A DNA stretch of 64,000 bases from Eledone cirrhosa (Eukaryota): assembly GCA_964016885.1 (NCBI GenBank), contig OZ024742.1, positions 176,762,001 to 176,826,000 on the forward strand, in the 5' to 3' direction. The notes beneath the pieces were generated by a model that had not been told where the DNA came from, searched no databases, and saw only the letters and a program-made list of their open reading frames with translations. The position numbers were made by a program, and so were the translations under genes. How positions within the stretch are numbered: the first letter of the stretch is position 1; each line of letters starts with the position of its first letter. This document shows positions 22,827 through 39,067 of the stretch, piece by piece.

Positions 22827-25800
22827 TTCAGTGCATCCTTTATATTTAATGGCATAAAATAGATGTTTTGATGAGCAAGTGAAGTGATTTTTTGGAGTAA
22901 AATTTTGTTCTGATTTAAATGTATACGTGTTGCCTTCAATGAGGTGAGTGGAGGTTCCACAATTAGAGCGACCACATTTTTTGACACTTGGTTGAGGGTT
23001 TGTGGTAGGTAATTTGGCATTGGTGAGTAATGTTTTCAGTGATTTCGGTTGTCTTTTGCTTTTGATTATTGTGTGTGTTTCAAGGGCTTTTTTTCATTCT
23101 TGGGTTTTGTTTTAGTAGTGGGATGTTCTTGTGAATAGTGTTGTAAGCTTCCGCACTTCTTGTGTTGTGTGTTGAGATATATGATAGAATATTGGACGTA
23201 CCTTGAATTTGTTTCTGTTTTCGTAATTCATCAATGTCTATTGCTTTAGCCCTTTCTATTCCATTATTTATTAGTAATAGTGGGTACTCTCTTTCGAGTA
23301 GAATTTCCTTTAATTCTTGAAGTCTTTTATTTCGCGTTTCATAATTGGAGACAATTGCGCAAATTCTTCTTGCTAGGTTAAAAGGAATGTTCGTTTTCGT
23401 GTGCTCTGGATGGTTGGAGGTGAATAGCAGGTATTGTTTGGAATCTGTTGGTTTGTAGCGATATTTGTTTCTTTTTTTAAGATTAAGATGTCCAGAAATG
23501 GGAGTTGATCTTGGCTGTATTCCATTGTGAATTGGATGTGGTTATTGATGCCGTTTATTAAGTTTTTGAAATCCTTCAGTTGGTCGAGTGTGTGGGACCA
23601 AAGAATGAGACAATCATCCAAGTAGCGTTTCCAATTCTCTGATAAATATTTGTGGACGTTCAATCCGGATTTTGATTTGAACTCTTCATATACCTGGACT
23701 TCTAAGTATGCCATGACTAAGTTGGCATAAGTTGGAGCGGCTTTTGTACCCGTCGCAGTCCCCGATATTTGCTTATAAGTACTGCCATCAAAATCAAAAA
23801 AGTTGTTCTGTAAGATGAATTTTAATCCCTCGGGGATGAAGCTTTGTTCTATTCTGTCAGGTATCTCATTGGGATATTTCTCTAGCCAGAATCCTATTGC
23901 TTCTACTCCGTATTGGTGTGGGATCGTTGTGTAGAGATTCACTACATCGAAAGACACAATAATAGTGTCGTTGTTGACATGTTTGGGGAGGTGGTTTAAG
24001 AGGTCCAGATCGTCTCTTACAAGGCTTAGTATGTGTTTGAGAATTGGTTTTAGTAGTATGTCTATAAAGTTGCTCAGTCTGTGTGTTTCACATTGTGGGC
24101 CCGCTACAATTGGTCTTAATTTAAGGTCTGTGGGTATTGTGTGTTCACGCAGGCTGAGGTGGATTGTTTACAGGCATCGTTAATTATTTTACACTTGTGG
24201 ATCTTCGGAAGTCCGTAAAGGTTGCTGGTTTTGTATTCAAAATGTGTTAAATAATCGCGTTCCTTTTTATTTAGGTCTTCCTGGTATCGATAAATCAGTG
24301 TGTTTAATCTGGTCATTGTTTTTGATTGCTGGTAGTTTTTTACTCTTTCATAGTAATTAGTATTTTGTAAGAGAGAGAACATAGAATGTTTATATTTTTC
24401 AGCCATTCATAATGACAACAGTACTTCCCTTGACTGCTTCCTTAATTATAATGTACGTATTTTTTTTTAGTTCATGGATAATCTCCCATTCCCTTCGACT
24501 CGTGTTGGGTTTGGGTTTAGGTTGCGGTATTTCATGGTATGGGAAGGTAGCTATGTGGTCACAAAATTTGTCCAGAACTATGTTTCTACTTTTTGTTGGG
24601 TTGTAGCTGCTTTTATTCCGTACAATTGATTCGTCGTTATTCTCCTTGTCAAAGAATTCCTCTGTGAGACGTAATTTTCTACAGAAGTGTGAGATATCGT
24701 CATTTATCTCATTGGGGTTAGAGTATTGTGGTGTTGGTGTGAATTTCAGTCCTTTGGAGAGATTTTTACTTGTTGGGCTGAGAGGTTTGTATTTGAAAGG
24801 TTGATTATTTTCGGTTTTTCAAAATCGGTTTGTGCCACCGAGTGTCGTGAGTTCTGTAGCCTTGGTCTAAACAATGATTTTTCTGGAATGTTTTTTCAAT
24901 GGTATTATTATATCTAATGGTATTTCCCCTGTTGTTGTGTGGTCTTGTATAGAAGTTTCGGACGTATTGAGGTTCGGTTTGTTGATAGTCCGGGTTGTAG
25001 ATTTTCTTCCTTTGTGTGGGTTGTGATCTACGGTTTTGGAACAGGCTCTGTGTGGGCAGGGGTCTACGGTTTTCGAATAGGTTTTGTGTGGGTTGTGATC
25101 TGCGGATCGGGTCTTGCCTTGTGTTCGGGGATCTTCGGTTTTTGTTAGTAGGGTTATAGTTTTGTCTATGGTTTCTGGGATTATCGTTATAGTTTTGCTG
25201 GGGTGTGTTGGACGTTTTGTTACTTTTTTTGTTATTTGTTGTGCATGTGGTGTGTGAGTTTTAGTTTGTTTTAGAAATGGGTTAACTGTATGTTGTTCAT
25301 TTTTGAAGTCCATTTCGTAGTTGTTGAACCAGGTGGCGTTTTTTTCCCATCGCTGGAGGGATGATAGTTCTTCATCCTCACAGTTTTCCTTCCACAGTTT
25401 TAAGGTTTTTTCGTAGAGTAGGCTTTCAGAGTGCTTTGATATTTCTGTGTCCATCTGTTGGTCGAGTGACTTGAATTTTTCTTCGTTGGAGTTGGCTCTT
25501 AATCTCAACAGTTCTATTTCTATTTTAAATTTTTCTAACGCCATCTTTTCCCTAAGTCTTTGTTGGTTTTCTGGTTCATTTGGGATGGATTTTATTTGGA
25601 GTTTTTTGGGGAGGATGATTGGGGTATAGTTTAGCCACTTTTCATATATGTCTGCCTTGCCATTATTTTTTTAGGAAATTCCAAAGGGCGAATTTGAGGC
25701 CTGTGAGCTTTTGACTCAATATGTTGATTAGGGTGCTTTTCACTGAGTGGATATCTCGTAGATTGGGTTCTAACGGTTGTTCCAGCTTTTGGAGCATTGC

Positions 25801-26050
25801 TGTTTCAATGGTTTCGATTAGCTTAGTTAATACTGGAGTAATATTCGTCTCTTGGGTATTTTCTGTTTCTTCGTGGGGTTCTTTTTTATAGATGTGTATT
25901 TGGTCCACTTTGTTGGTCAAAATTGAGAGTTTAGAGGAAATCTCTTTGAGTTCATTTAAGATGTCCTGGTTCAGTGAGTTGTTGTTTTGTTGAGACTTTG
26001 GTGGCATTTTCGGTCTTCGTGTGGTGGGTATATATTAGAAAGTGAGGTTT
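22826..26050 (-). mobile_element. Penelope-like element (Neptune-like): N-terminal region plus RT, truncated at the start of GIY-YIG, frameshifted
   Basis: LYGLPKIHK, SFDVVNLYTTIP, KQISGTATGTKAAPTYANL, WKRYLDD, LPFLD, a Cys-rich linker (KKCGRSNCG) and FTCSSKHLFYAI at the break. Confidence 0.93.
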
Positions 26051-26450
26051 TTTTTACAAAATGAAAAATAACCGAGGTGTCCCACACGAGTTAAAGTAGA
26101 AAGAAAAAAAGATGAAATCGAAAATGCAACTGGAGTCAGCCATAATTTCACTTGTAACCAATCAAATTACGCTTATTTAAAAAAAAAGCCTTCGTGAGCC
26201 CCCTTTTTTCAAGTAAAAAGAAATTTAAACACTCATATATGAAAAAAAAACCCTTTGACCCCCCCCCCCCCCATTGTTTGAAGAACTTTGTAACGCGAAC
26301 TGGCGCGAAATTTATTATAATTATTGACCAACCAATCAAATTACTTCTCGAAAAACCTGGCATTTCGAGCCACTTTTTCCATATAAAACAAGTAAGATTC
26401 AGAGACCAACCAGATGTGAGAAAAACCACAGACCCTCCATCTCAACTCTA

Positions 26451-26486
26451 CTTTTGAAAAGCAGAAGAACTGCGAAACCGGTAAAG
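26451..26486 (+). ncRNA. Minimal HHR with U3/A8 core, in the putative inverted 5' pseudo-LTR (about 26095-26565) of the adjacent PLE
   Basis: ctt TTGAAAA gcag-aagaa-ctgc GAAAC-cg-GTA aag; stem I is only 3 bp. Confidence 0.65.
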
Positions 26487-26565
26487 AAACCAAATAAGTA
26501 TATATATTTTTTAAAAATAAGACTCCAGTTGCATTTTCGATTTCATCTTCTTTTTTTTTTCTTTT

Positions 26566-26616
<51 letters not shown>

Positions 26617-27624
26617 GTGCAAGTTCTGGAAATTATTGACGTTGTTAATCTTCTAGGTTAACGACATATGAAAAGCCACATGCGCAAAGAAAGGACTCGA
26701 TGTGGTAGTTAGTGTGGGACCTGGGAAGTTTGATAGATAATTAAGAATAAAAGGTGTAAGTAGCGTCTCTGAAGGGCGAAAGGGAGGTGGTACATGATAG
26801 TAGCGATAGAAAAAGCAGATTGATGAAGCAGTATGTCTGTGGGTAAAGTACTGAGGTTGGTATAATCGATTTCCCCTCTCTCAAATTGTCTAGATTTTTG
26901 CTGAAGTTATAAAGGCACTCCGCCCTCATCCAGTTGTTTATTGAGGCTACAACGCCAGCTGTCTCTTTGATGTCGTTAGTGTGCGGGGTCGAGGTGTCTC
27001 TGTTGTAAAAAATTGAGCCAAGTCTCTAGTATGGGGTTACTATGTTCACATCATGTTGCAAGAAGTCCGGACGGGTCTCCGGCCTAAGCCTAATCTGTTT
27101 CAACATGTGCAGCACTTTGTGACAGGCCTCCTCTCTAGGTTTAATGTGTTCCCATCACTTCTATACAGATACCTTTCCTTCTCTAACTAAGCCACTATCT
27201 CTTCCCACAAGTCATGCGGAGTTACTCTTACTCTTTTAACTCTGCTTCTAATTCAAACGAGAATATCAACAACTTTCTTCAATTGATTAAGTCGACAAAA
27301 TCTTACCCCGAAGGAATTAGGTTATGCTTATTGAAAGGTAATCAATAAAACAAACACCGACGTTGTATAATTCCATTGATTGGTATTCTTTTGAGGCCTA
27401 ACACTATATTTGATATGTTCCTTTTGAAAATATAACAATATGTTCGTAGATGATGTTCTACTTCAGGTGTGATATTTGATTTCACAGCACTGTTGATTGA
27501 TGTCTGCAATCCTCAAGCAATCTTCTTAATAACATTCTGGGAGATACACATACTTTGTGTTCGTATCTAATATAACTTTGTATGTATAAATGTTAGTAGA
27601 CTTATTACTGAAACGTCAGTTTAC

Positions 27625-28930
27625 ACACTACAATATAAACACACACATAAACACGCGCGAAAATACACGCACACGAACATACACATTAACACAAGCGCCT
27701 GTATGTACTCTCTTATATACAAATGCATGTACACACATGCATACACTCAACCACCAGCACGTGCTCACATGTACATACACGCACTCATACACATATGCAC
27801 ACACACGCACACCTACGCACATGAATCCCTACCTGCCTCGAGACTGAACATATTTGACGACGTAAATGAGAATTTTCTAGTGTTATATCACGACAACATA
27901 TCAACGACGCTTAGAGTCTTGCAATACACATGTGCACGCATATTACATGTGTACATATTACATGCCTAAATTTCCCATACACAGCAGATCTACACACAAG
28001 GGTATGGTATCACACATACTTACACATCACATATGCTCATATGAACATGGTATAACATACTCATATATATATACACACATTGTGTTACACATATTCACAC
28101 ATAACACATGCACATATTATCATACATCACACATACACGCATACACATTGAATCGCACATACTCACACATCACACATGTACACATGGACATATAGATATG
28201 GTATCACAGATACTCACACATCACACATACTCACATGCACATGGTATCACACATACACATGGTATCACATATACTCACACATCACACATGCACACATGCA
28301 CTCATATGATATCGCATATACTCAAACACCACATTCCCCATACTACACACCAAACATGCAAACATATGCAGAGGTCATACACACGCCCACACACTTACAC
28401 ACATACACTCACAAACATCGTGTGAAACATGCTCACACATCCCATCGCTCTCGCACACACACCTAACGTCGCATATACTACCACATCTCACATCATACGT
28501 CATGATTATCACATAATCATACACACCATATAGAAGATATACACACATCATATGTACACATGTGCACACAACACGTACATCACACATACAAATTACAGGC
28601 ACTACACGTACACACCACGCACCCAAGCACCATACACAACACACTCCGAAGCACACATACATATCGTCGCTCACCACATATACATGCTATTCAACTTAGC
28701 TCACACCACATACACACAGCAAAGCAATCATATATACACAACATTCACCGAAGCACACATAACATGATGCCCCTCATACACATCACACGCAACATATACA
28801 CAACATCCAACCACACATGTACACACCACACGCACATATTACACATCATACATACACTTCGCACAGCCAGGCACACATACATCACCCATACCAACCATAC
28901 ACACAACATGCACACACAAACAAACACAAA
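27625..28930. repeat. Degenerate CA-rich low-complexity tract
   Basis: Decayed (CA)n/(CACAT)n; source of the His/Thr-rich spurious ORFs. Confidence 0.9.
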
Positions 28931-29178
28931 TGGAAAGAAGCAGCTGCCTGATAATGGTGTGTTTTTCATTTCAACAAAATTCAAACTAATATGAGATAAC
29001 AGTTGTATTTTAACGCATATTATACTTCTCCTGAGAGAGTCAACTATGATATTTAAGGCAGAGAACAAACGTGCTAACTTTGCTTTCACTGTTATATCTT
29101 TAATCAAGAGAATTCCATAACATTTGATATCAACATTTCATTGACATCCTCAACACTTTAACACTTTTGATAAAACAA

Positions 29179-29250
29179 AAACCGCCTGAAACCGACTATA
29201 ACCAACTTTAACCGTCTCTAACCGTATCTAACGACTTGTAACCGCCTCTG
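29179..29250. repeat. 10-bp degenerate tandem repeat (TAACCGNCTN)
   Basis: About 7 units: aaaccgcctg aaaccgacta taaccaactt taaccgtctc taaccgtatc taacgacttg taaccgcctc. Confidence 0.75.
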
Positions 29251-29884
29251 GTTCTATGATAGTATATTTATTTAAAATCATTCTATCATAACTTTATGTA
29301 AGAAACCTTGTTAAACACCAGCTTAATAGTGAGTAATTATTTCAATGCCTTAGGCCGTGTGTTTCATTAAATGTATATTAATTAATGAAATGGTTAAAGT
29401 AATTATATTTATTTGAACGCATTCCGTCTGAATTCTAGTTCTATGTAAGAACCTGTGTTAAGTTATATTCCAAACACCAGCTTAATAAGGAGAAAATTAG
29501 TTATTTTACTAAATACTTCCAAATACTTGTTTATTTTTAAAATTATTTCAATAGAATTTCAAATGTTTATCATTAGAAATGCAGTAAAGAAATGGCTAAC
29601 GGGTTTTGAAGTAAAACATATGAATATGAGGTTGTTATTGTTTTGTGCTAGAAACAGCCGCCACATATTTCTTACATCACCCCTTCTGTTTTACACGTAT
29701 GGTTTCCTCTTTCTTTCCGGTGGTATTTAATGTAGTAAAAGGTGCAATCTATGGATGCTGACTGAATGAAATATCGAAATTGGTGCTTAACGCCATTAAA
29801 GTCGAAATCAGCAGACCTTATGATCAAAAGTGTTCTAATTGTGACAATCCTGCTTTTGTTCTAGAATTATTATTAATTAGTGTG

Positions 29885-30105
29885 TGGTGTTGGATTGGGA
29901 GTGTCGTTAGAGCGTCGGATATAATGTTGTACAACAGTCATTTTTCGAATTCTGCGTTCTAAGTTCAAATCCTCTCATTGTCAATTTGCATTTCACCTAT
30001 TCAGTGGTCGATAAAATAAAGTGCATCTAAAGTACCGAGGTCAATATAATCGACTTTCATCCCACTTCTAAATCATTGGCCTGATACCTAAATTTGAAAC
30101 AATTA
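29885..30105 (+). mobile_element. Older, longer SINE of the S1 superfamily
   Basis: GGTGTTGGATTGG..AGTTCAAATCC..GGTCGATAAAATAAAG..GAAACAATT. Similar old copies at 39210-39430(-), 59076-59280(+), 57440-57545(-) and 60885-61025(-). Confidence 0.7.
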
Positions 30106-30977
30106 TTGCGGTGACTGCGAATCTGTGGATATTTATATAATATGTCTAGCTTGTCGAGAGATCACGTCAGGGTTTTCTCCACTCTACAACTGTGTCGGGT
30201 TTTATGACGGGAAAATAGAAATGAATATTTGATGAAAGATTTGCCTAGATGATGGCGAAAGAGGATTTCAGTTAAACATAGTCATGAATACTACAGTAAA
30301 AACAATGTATTCTATGAGATAACGAACGAATCTATATATTGTTACCTGATCTTCAGGAAAAAGAAAAAGGGAAAAATCCTGAATGGATTTTCAAACCAAT
30401 AGACCCCATCAAGTAACACCATGGCTAACTGGTAGTTATCCTAACCCCTGATAGAACTGAACCACATGGGTCAAATTTGATAGACTGTTTGGAAGTCAAT
30501 CTGATTGTCTGTACATGATGTCACACTAAATTCTCCTTGAAAATTGTGATAATCGTACATGTGTTTGTGGAATGTCTAGGCTCTACCGTTATTCAAAGAG
30601 TTGGAACATTTCTCGGTACATCAAGTACAACATGTTTTTCGCATGAATGTTGGCTCGTGATACTTAGAGACAGAAAGGTGAATGCCTTACTAAAATAGAT
30701 GTAAAAACGAAAATGTATTGATTTCTAGCACGAGTTTGTTCTCTGATACAAAATTATATCTATGTTACGCTTTACGGGTAATAATATAATTATTATTTAT
30801 CGTTATCCTCATGTTTGTTCGTTTGGCAATATTAAAGCACGTAATATTACTAACATTGAAGTTGATTATATCATCCAAATCAGGCGAATTCACGATTCGT
30901 ATAGCTAATTATTGCTTTCAAAGTCTCTTTCTCACTTTCCCCGTCTCCCTCCTCCCTCTCGCTCCTCCCTACCGCTC

Positions 30978-31027
<50 letters not shown>

Positions 31028-31155
31028 GATATACATATATATAGAGATAGATGCATAAATATACAGAGAGATAGAGAGATTCATTTCCTACTATATCAAA
31101 TATTACACATATAGAGACTGGTGGATAGATAGATCAATTTCCTTTCATGTATATT

Positions 31156-31221
<66 letters not shown>

Positions 31222-31670
31222 TTTATATTTTATAACCTCTCACATTCTATATCCATATCATCTCCAACACACTGTAAATCGTGCTCAACACGATATTTCG
31301 TTCGTTAACCCCGTATTTTATCCAAAAGGTTGATAGCATTCGTACAAATTCTTTATATCTAATCATCAAACGGTCATATCACGGCTGGCCAGATCCGAAT
31401 CAAATATAAACTGCAAACGTGATTTCATTAAGAAAGACCATTGCAGTTGCATTAAATAATATCCAAATTCTCTGTCGTCACCATGAGTATGATAATAGCA
31501 AATAGATGATGTTTTGAAAGATTCATGCCCCAAATAACAAGACAATATACACGAGAACATGAAGTTCTAATCAGTAGAGCAGATATTGAAATAGTGTTGA
31601 TATAATCTCCTATGTTTTCAATTATACTCAAACACACTATCAAACACACACAAACACCACACGCACACAC

Positions 31671-32146
<476 letters not shown>

Positions 32147-32150
<4 letters not shown>

Positions 32151-32480
32151 GTTTCTACTTTTAGGCACAAGGCCAGCAGTTACCCAGTGCATTACTGGTG
32201 CATTATTTTATCGACCCCGTAAGGAAGAGAGGCAAAGTCAACCTCGGCGGTATTTGAACTCAGATCGTAAAGGGATATTATATATATATATATATATATA
32301 TAATTGTTTCTACTTTAGGCACAAGGCCAGCAATTACCCAGTGCATGACTGGTACTTTATTTTATCGACCCCGTAAGGATGAAAGGCAAAGTCAACCTCG
32401 GCGGGATTTGAACTCAGATCGTAAAGGGACGTAACTATGCTAGAAAGCATGGCGTCCGACACTCTACCGATACTGCCAAA
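32147..32480 (-). mobile_element. Two tandem SINE S1 copies (32147-32273 truncated; 32302-32480)
   Basis: Direct matches to S1, separated by (TA)n. Confidence 0.9.
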
Positions 32481-32859
32481 TGCAGCCTCGACAGATAAAT
32501 ACTGCTTGATTATGGCTGACAACTGATGCAACGAAGACACCATAGTAACAACCAATATAAGGACCATTATATTATGTAACATTTTCCCATTATCTTAATT
32601 TACACTCCTTTGAAGTTCCGATGATCCACTCTGTCTTTTAAATATGTTAATTATTTTCAACTGAACCAGATCAATTATGATATATAGTCATCTGATCCAG
32701 AAATATTATATGGAGTAGCGAAACAATTGTAAACGGACATTATTATTATTAATATTATTATTATTATTCACTACATTCCGTACATCAAACTAAAATATGT
32801 TAACACACTTTTAATAATGTCTTCCTTGTGAAATTTGTGGTCTTGTTTTGCTTAACTAA

Positions 32860-33508
<649 letters not shown>

Positions 33509-33604
33509 ATATATAGTAATAATAATAAATGTGAAGACTAAACTCCAAAGAGGTCTCGATAAGGGTAAATATATATAAAATATATAAGAACCGTAGAGCA
33601 AATA

Positions 33605-36595
33605 TTTATTAAAATAACAGATTAAAGTTTAAGTAAAGAATCGCTGCTTTCACCCTTAACGGGATCTTCTGAAACTAAACAATTCAATCTGTGAACGCAG
33701 AAGTAAATATTTCGAAATACGTTGCAAACGAAGGAAGTCAGGAAGACGTTACTTTGGTTCGTGGAAACGTTCCCTGGCAAAGAACGATCACAAATCCAAT
33801 TTCCCGAACAACCCATCTATTCGGCTTATTAACCCTACGAAGTCCGATTTAGGTAGACTTAGTAAAACGATTTTAGATAGAATTATACCTCAAATTAGAA
33901 GTTTGGCCTCTCTTGCACCGTGGAAGAAATCTTTCGCGGTGATTGATTGGTTCAACGTCATACGTAACAAGGAACATTACTGTTTTATCTAATTCGATAT
34001 CAATAATTACTACTCCTCCATCACTTTACCACTTCTTCTTAGAGCTATCAATTTCGCTAAAACACTCAGTGGTTAAGGATTTCGAAGTTGATGTCATCCT
34101 CAATGCCCGTAAGTCGGTGATTAATTTCGACGACTCTATTTGGATTAAAAAATCTAATAGTACCCAATTCGACATGAGTATGGGCGCCAGCGATTCGGCA
34201 GAGGTTACTGATCTTATCGGCCATTTCCTTCTTTTCTCTATAAAGGAAGAATTCTCCAACGTGGGCGGTTGTTTGTACCGTCATGAAGGTGGTCTGTACA
34301 GTGCGGCCCATATACTTGCGACAGGTTCAGAAAAGAACTCACAGCCTCCTTTAACGGCTTCAACTTCTCCATACAGGTTGAGGCCAACCTCTCGGTCGTT
34401 AATTACCTCGACGTTACCCACAATTTGTCGAATGGCTTGCACTACCCGTATAGTAAGCTGAATGATACCCTTAATTAAATAACTAAACATTCTAACCATC
34501 CTGCCAGCATAACCAAGAATCTGGTAAGAAACGTCTCTTTGAGGCTTTCCCGTCTATCTACAAACGAGCATATTTTCACCGACCATTCTACATATTACAA
34601 TGAAGCTCTTGCTCGGAGTGGATTTGTCGATAAGGTAGCATATAGAGAGTATGAGAATAGACCTTGGAAAAATAGATCCTTACGCATTATATGGTATAAC
34701 CCACTATATAATATGGAGGTGGCCACACCATTAGCTAAGATCTTTCTCTCCCTTAATATGAAGCATTTCCTCCAGCACATGAATATAGTAAAGTTTTTAA
34801 TAGAAATACCATTAAAATCTCTTACTCTACGACTCCTAACCTTGCACATAACATCACTGCTTCAAATCTAGCTAAATTACCTAGCCGTAGGAACACGTGC
34901 AACCCTGTAGCTAGTACTAACTGTAATTGTAGGAATCAGGCTTACTGCCCCCTATCCGGGAAATGCCTCACTAGTAACTTTGTCTACAAATGTAAGGTGT
35001 AACATCCACGTCCCTTTGGGCATACATAGGGTTAACCACCAAGAGATTCAAGCTCGTCTTTATACGCACTCCCATTCTTTTCTTAACCCTTTAAGAAGGA
35101 ATATGACTTCACTTTTTGCTTATATCTGGAGTCTAAAAGACAACCACACCCAATATATGTTACACTGGGCGATCCTAGCAAGGGCTCGATCGTATAACGG
35201 AAATAAAAGACAATTTGACAGCTGCGCCGCTGAAGCCATGGAAATACTCTACGCCAAATACCACATCTCAAACAAAAAAATCTGAGGGAATTTCGGCTTG
35301 TAAACATAAATTGCACAACACTTTCCTGTATTACAGCCACACATTTTACCCTAACGGATAGTACGAACTATACGCGGATAATTTACGTCTTGATGTGGTA
35401 GCTAAGTATATGTTATGTTTATACCATTACTTATTTGTATAGGTAAGTATATATTACCTGTATGTGTTGTGAAGGTACGTATACTTTCTCGTACGTATAT
35501 TTGCTTGTATATGTTATAGGCGTATATATTATACTATATACTGGTACATGCGCATATGGTTATGTGTATACGTAAGTTTTGCGTCTGTGTGAGTATGCGG
35601 GTTTGCACGTATGTAGGGTGTGTGTATTTGTGTACTCTGTGTTTTGGTTGACGTTTGTTTAGCGAACATTTCTGCATTTATATGTAGGTATGTGTGTGCG
35701 CGCGTTATATACGTATTTATGTGTGTATATTTCTATACATTTATATCATTATATGAATACACGCACACACACACATGTATATATATATATTTTTAAATAT
35801 ATATTTGCATGTGTATTTGGTGTATACATTCGTATGTGTGTGGGTATAGTCGTTGCGTGGGTTCTGTATGTGCGTGCGTGTTTTTTTGTGTACGTGCTCG
35901 TATGTGCATACCCATGGCGGGCGTTTATGCGTATAAATGTGTATGTACGTATATGGATGCGTGCATGTTTATATTTTTGTTGACTTCAATTACCTCTGTA
36001 ATTTATTTACACTATCCTTAACTCTGAAGCCGAGAATCATTCGGTTTCCTAAATAGAATATTAGTCTACGACTTCAGTTTTACAATAAACGTGGTTTTGT
36101 CTTTGCGTGTATTTGTTCTCATCGCTCCACATCATGACGTATTATGTTCGATTTTTTCGTTCATTGCCAGAGAACGTCTCCACGAACCACCTATTAGAAT
36201 ATTAGACTAGACTTCATTTATACCATAAACGTATTTTTGTCTTGGCGTGTAATTGTTTCCACGCTCTAAATAATTGTTTCTACTTTTGGAAAAAGGTCAG
36301 CAATTACCCAGTGTATTACTTGTACTTTATTTTATCGACCCCGTAAGGATGAAAGGCAAAGTCTTTACGGGGTCCACGCTCTAAATAATGACGTATTATC
36401 TTCGTTTTTTTTCCGTTCTTTGCCAGGGAACGTTTCCACGAACCAAAGTATCGTCTTCCTGTCTTCCTTCGGTTGCAACGTTTTTCGAAATATTTACTTC
36501 TGCGTCCACAGATTGATTTTTTTAATTTCAGAAGATCCCGTTAAGGTGAAAGCAGCGATTCTTTGCTTAAACTTTAATGTGTTATTTTAATAAGT
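33605..36595 (+). mobile_element. 5'-truncated Penelope-like element (family A) with inverted 5' pseudo-LTR (33605-33790), decayed RT/GIY-YIG (33800-35340) and 3' pseudo-LTR (about 36050-36595)
   Basis: IRLINPTKSDLG, FDMSMGASDSAEVTDLIG, IIWYNPLY, and a GIY-YIG-like C-terminus. Homologous to the protein at 40866-42720. The terminal segments are inverted copies of each other. Confidence 0.88.
36271..36374 (-). mobile_element. 5'-truncated SINE S1 inserted into the pseudo-LTR, with a 17-bp TSD
   Basis: TCCACGCTCTAAATAAT at 36258-36274 and 36373-36389. Confidence 0.85.
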
Positions 36596-36619
36596 AAATA
36601 TATATATGTATATATATAT

Positions 36620-37820
<1,201 letters not shown>

Positions 37821-38307
37821 CAATTACGACAGTTGCATACGCAGGTACTTAACTTATGTTGGTTTTACCACAACTAATTCAGTCACCCATACTGTGATGG
37901 AGTACTACCGGGGAGATTCTTATCAATATAGGAGAGTTCTAAATCTAAAGACGGGGAACTATAAAACATCTCAATAAATTAAATAAATAAATTATGATTA
38001 AACTTTCATATGTAGGGACATCATTCTAACAAGAAAGAAATGGGAGGGTAACTTGTGTGCAGAAGTAGATTGCACGAAACAAAGGTTAAATCGAAAGTTT
38101 TTGTCCGGCTTAGACCATCTTTTCAGAAAGAGGAATAGATTCGTAAGGACATCGAATGAAGGACTCCAGCTGTGTGTTTTCACAAGATTAGTGTAAGAAT
38201 ATATTACAATTTGTCATGTTAGATAAATAACATGTTTTCGCTTCTGTAATGTAGAGTGTGGAGTTTCCAGTACTCTCCATTTTATGGAGGATCCTATGCA
38301 AAAAATG

Positions 38308-38743
38308 TGTCTCAGATTGCTATATATTTGAAGTAAAACTTGATAGGTGGAGGAAGCTCACGTGATTAGGCATTGAATTTGATGGTACATTCCCGCCAAA
38401 AGACGGAATGTCATGGTTTAGTGAACATACATAGTGGGATTCTCAAATGTAATTCTAATCTGATTTTTGTGTGTTTAGTAATCAAGGGAAATTGTTATTG
38501 TCTTTATGGCGATCGCAAATATTTGAAATTACAGGAATTTGTTTACGTATGTGTGTGTGTAGAATTAGTTTTGGGGTTCCCGGCTATCCGAATAGTAATG
38601 ACAATAATAACAGCAACAACGACAAAAATAATAATAATTATTACTATCATACGGCGCGAAATTACCACACAATTCGATGCCTAATCACGTGTTCTTCCTT
38701 GGTCTATCAAATTGTACTTTAAACATATAGCAATCTGAGCCAC
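38308..38743. mobile_element. Putative MITE with ~70-bp imperfect TIRs
   Basis: CTCAGATTGCTATATATTTGAAGTA..CACGTGATTAGGCATTGAATT (38311-38379) is inverted at 38671-38739. Confidence 0.6.
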
Positions 38744-38899
38744 TGAAACTGAAAGTAATACTGAACATCAGCGTGTGGCAACTCGGCACAGCGACACGTT
38801 TCTCCACCTGTCCTAAAATTTGAAAATCATGAAACTTGTGAAACCAGTAAAGTTATTGTATAAGTTTTTGTAAATAAGTTTTCTTAAAGACTCCAATTA

Positions 38900-39067
38900 C
38901 CGTATTTCCCGGCGCCGAAGACGCTTCGTCCTCGAAGAAGCACCCTAATTTGGACAATCAAAAATTTGAAAAAAAATCATAAACAACCTTCAGCCTCCAG
39001 GGCGCATGGTAGATTTTTTAGATTTATTTTAGGAAAAAAGTAGCTCCTTCGACGCCGGAAAATACGG
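38900..39067. mobile_element. Tc1/mariner(pogo)-type MITE, 168 bp
   Basis: TA|CCGTATTTCCCGGCGCCGAAG ... CTTCGACGCCGGAAAATACGG|TA. Confidence 0.85.
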
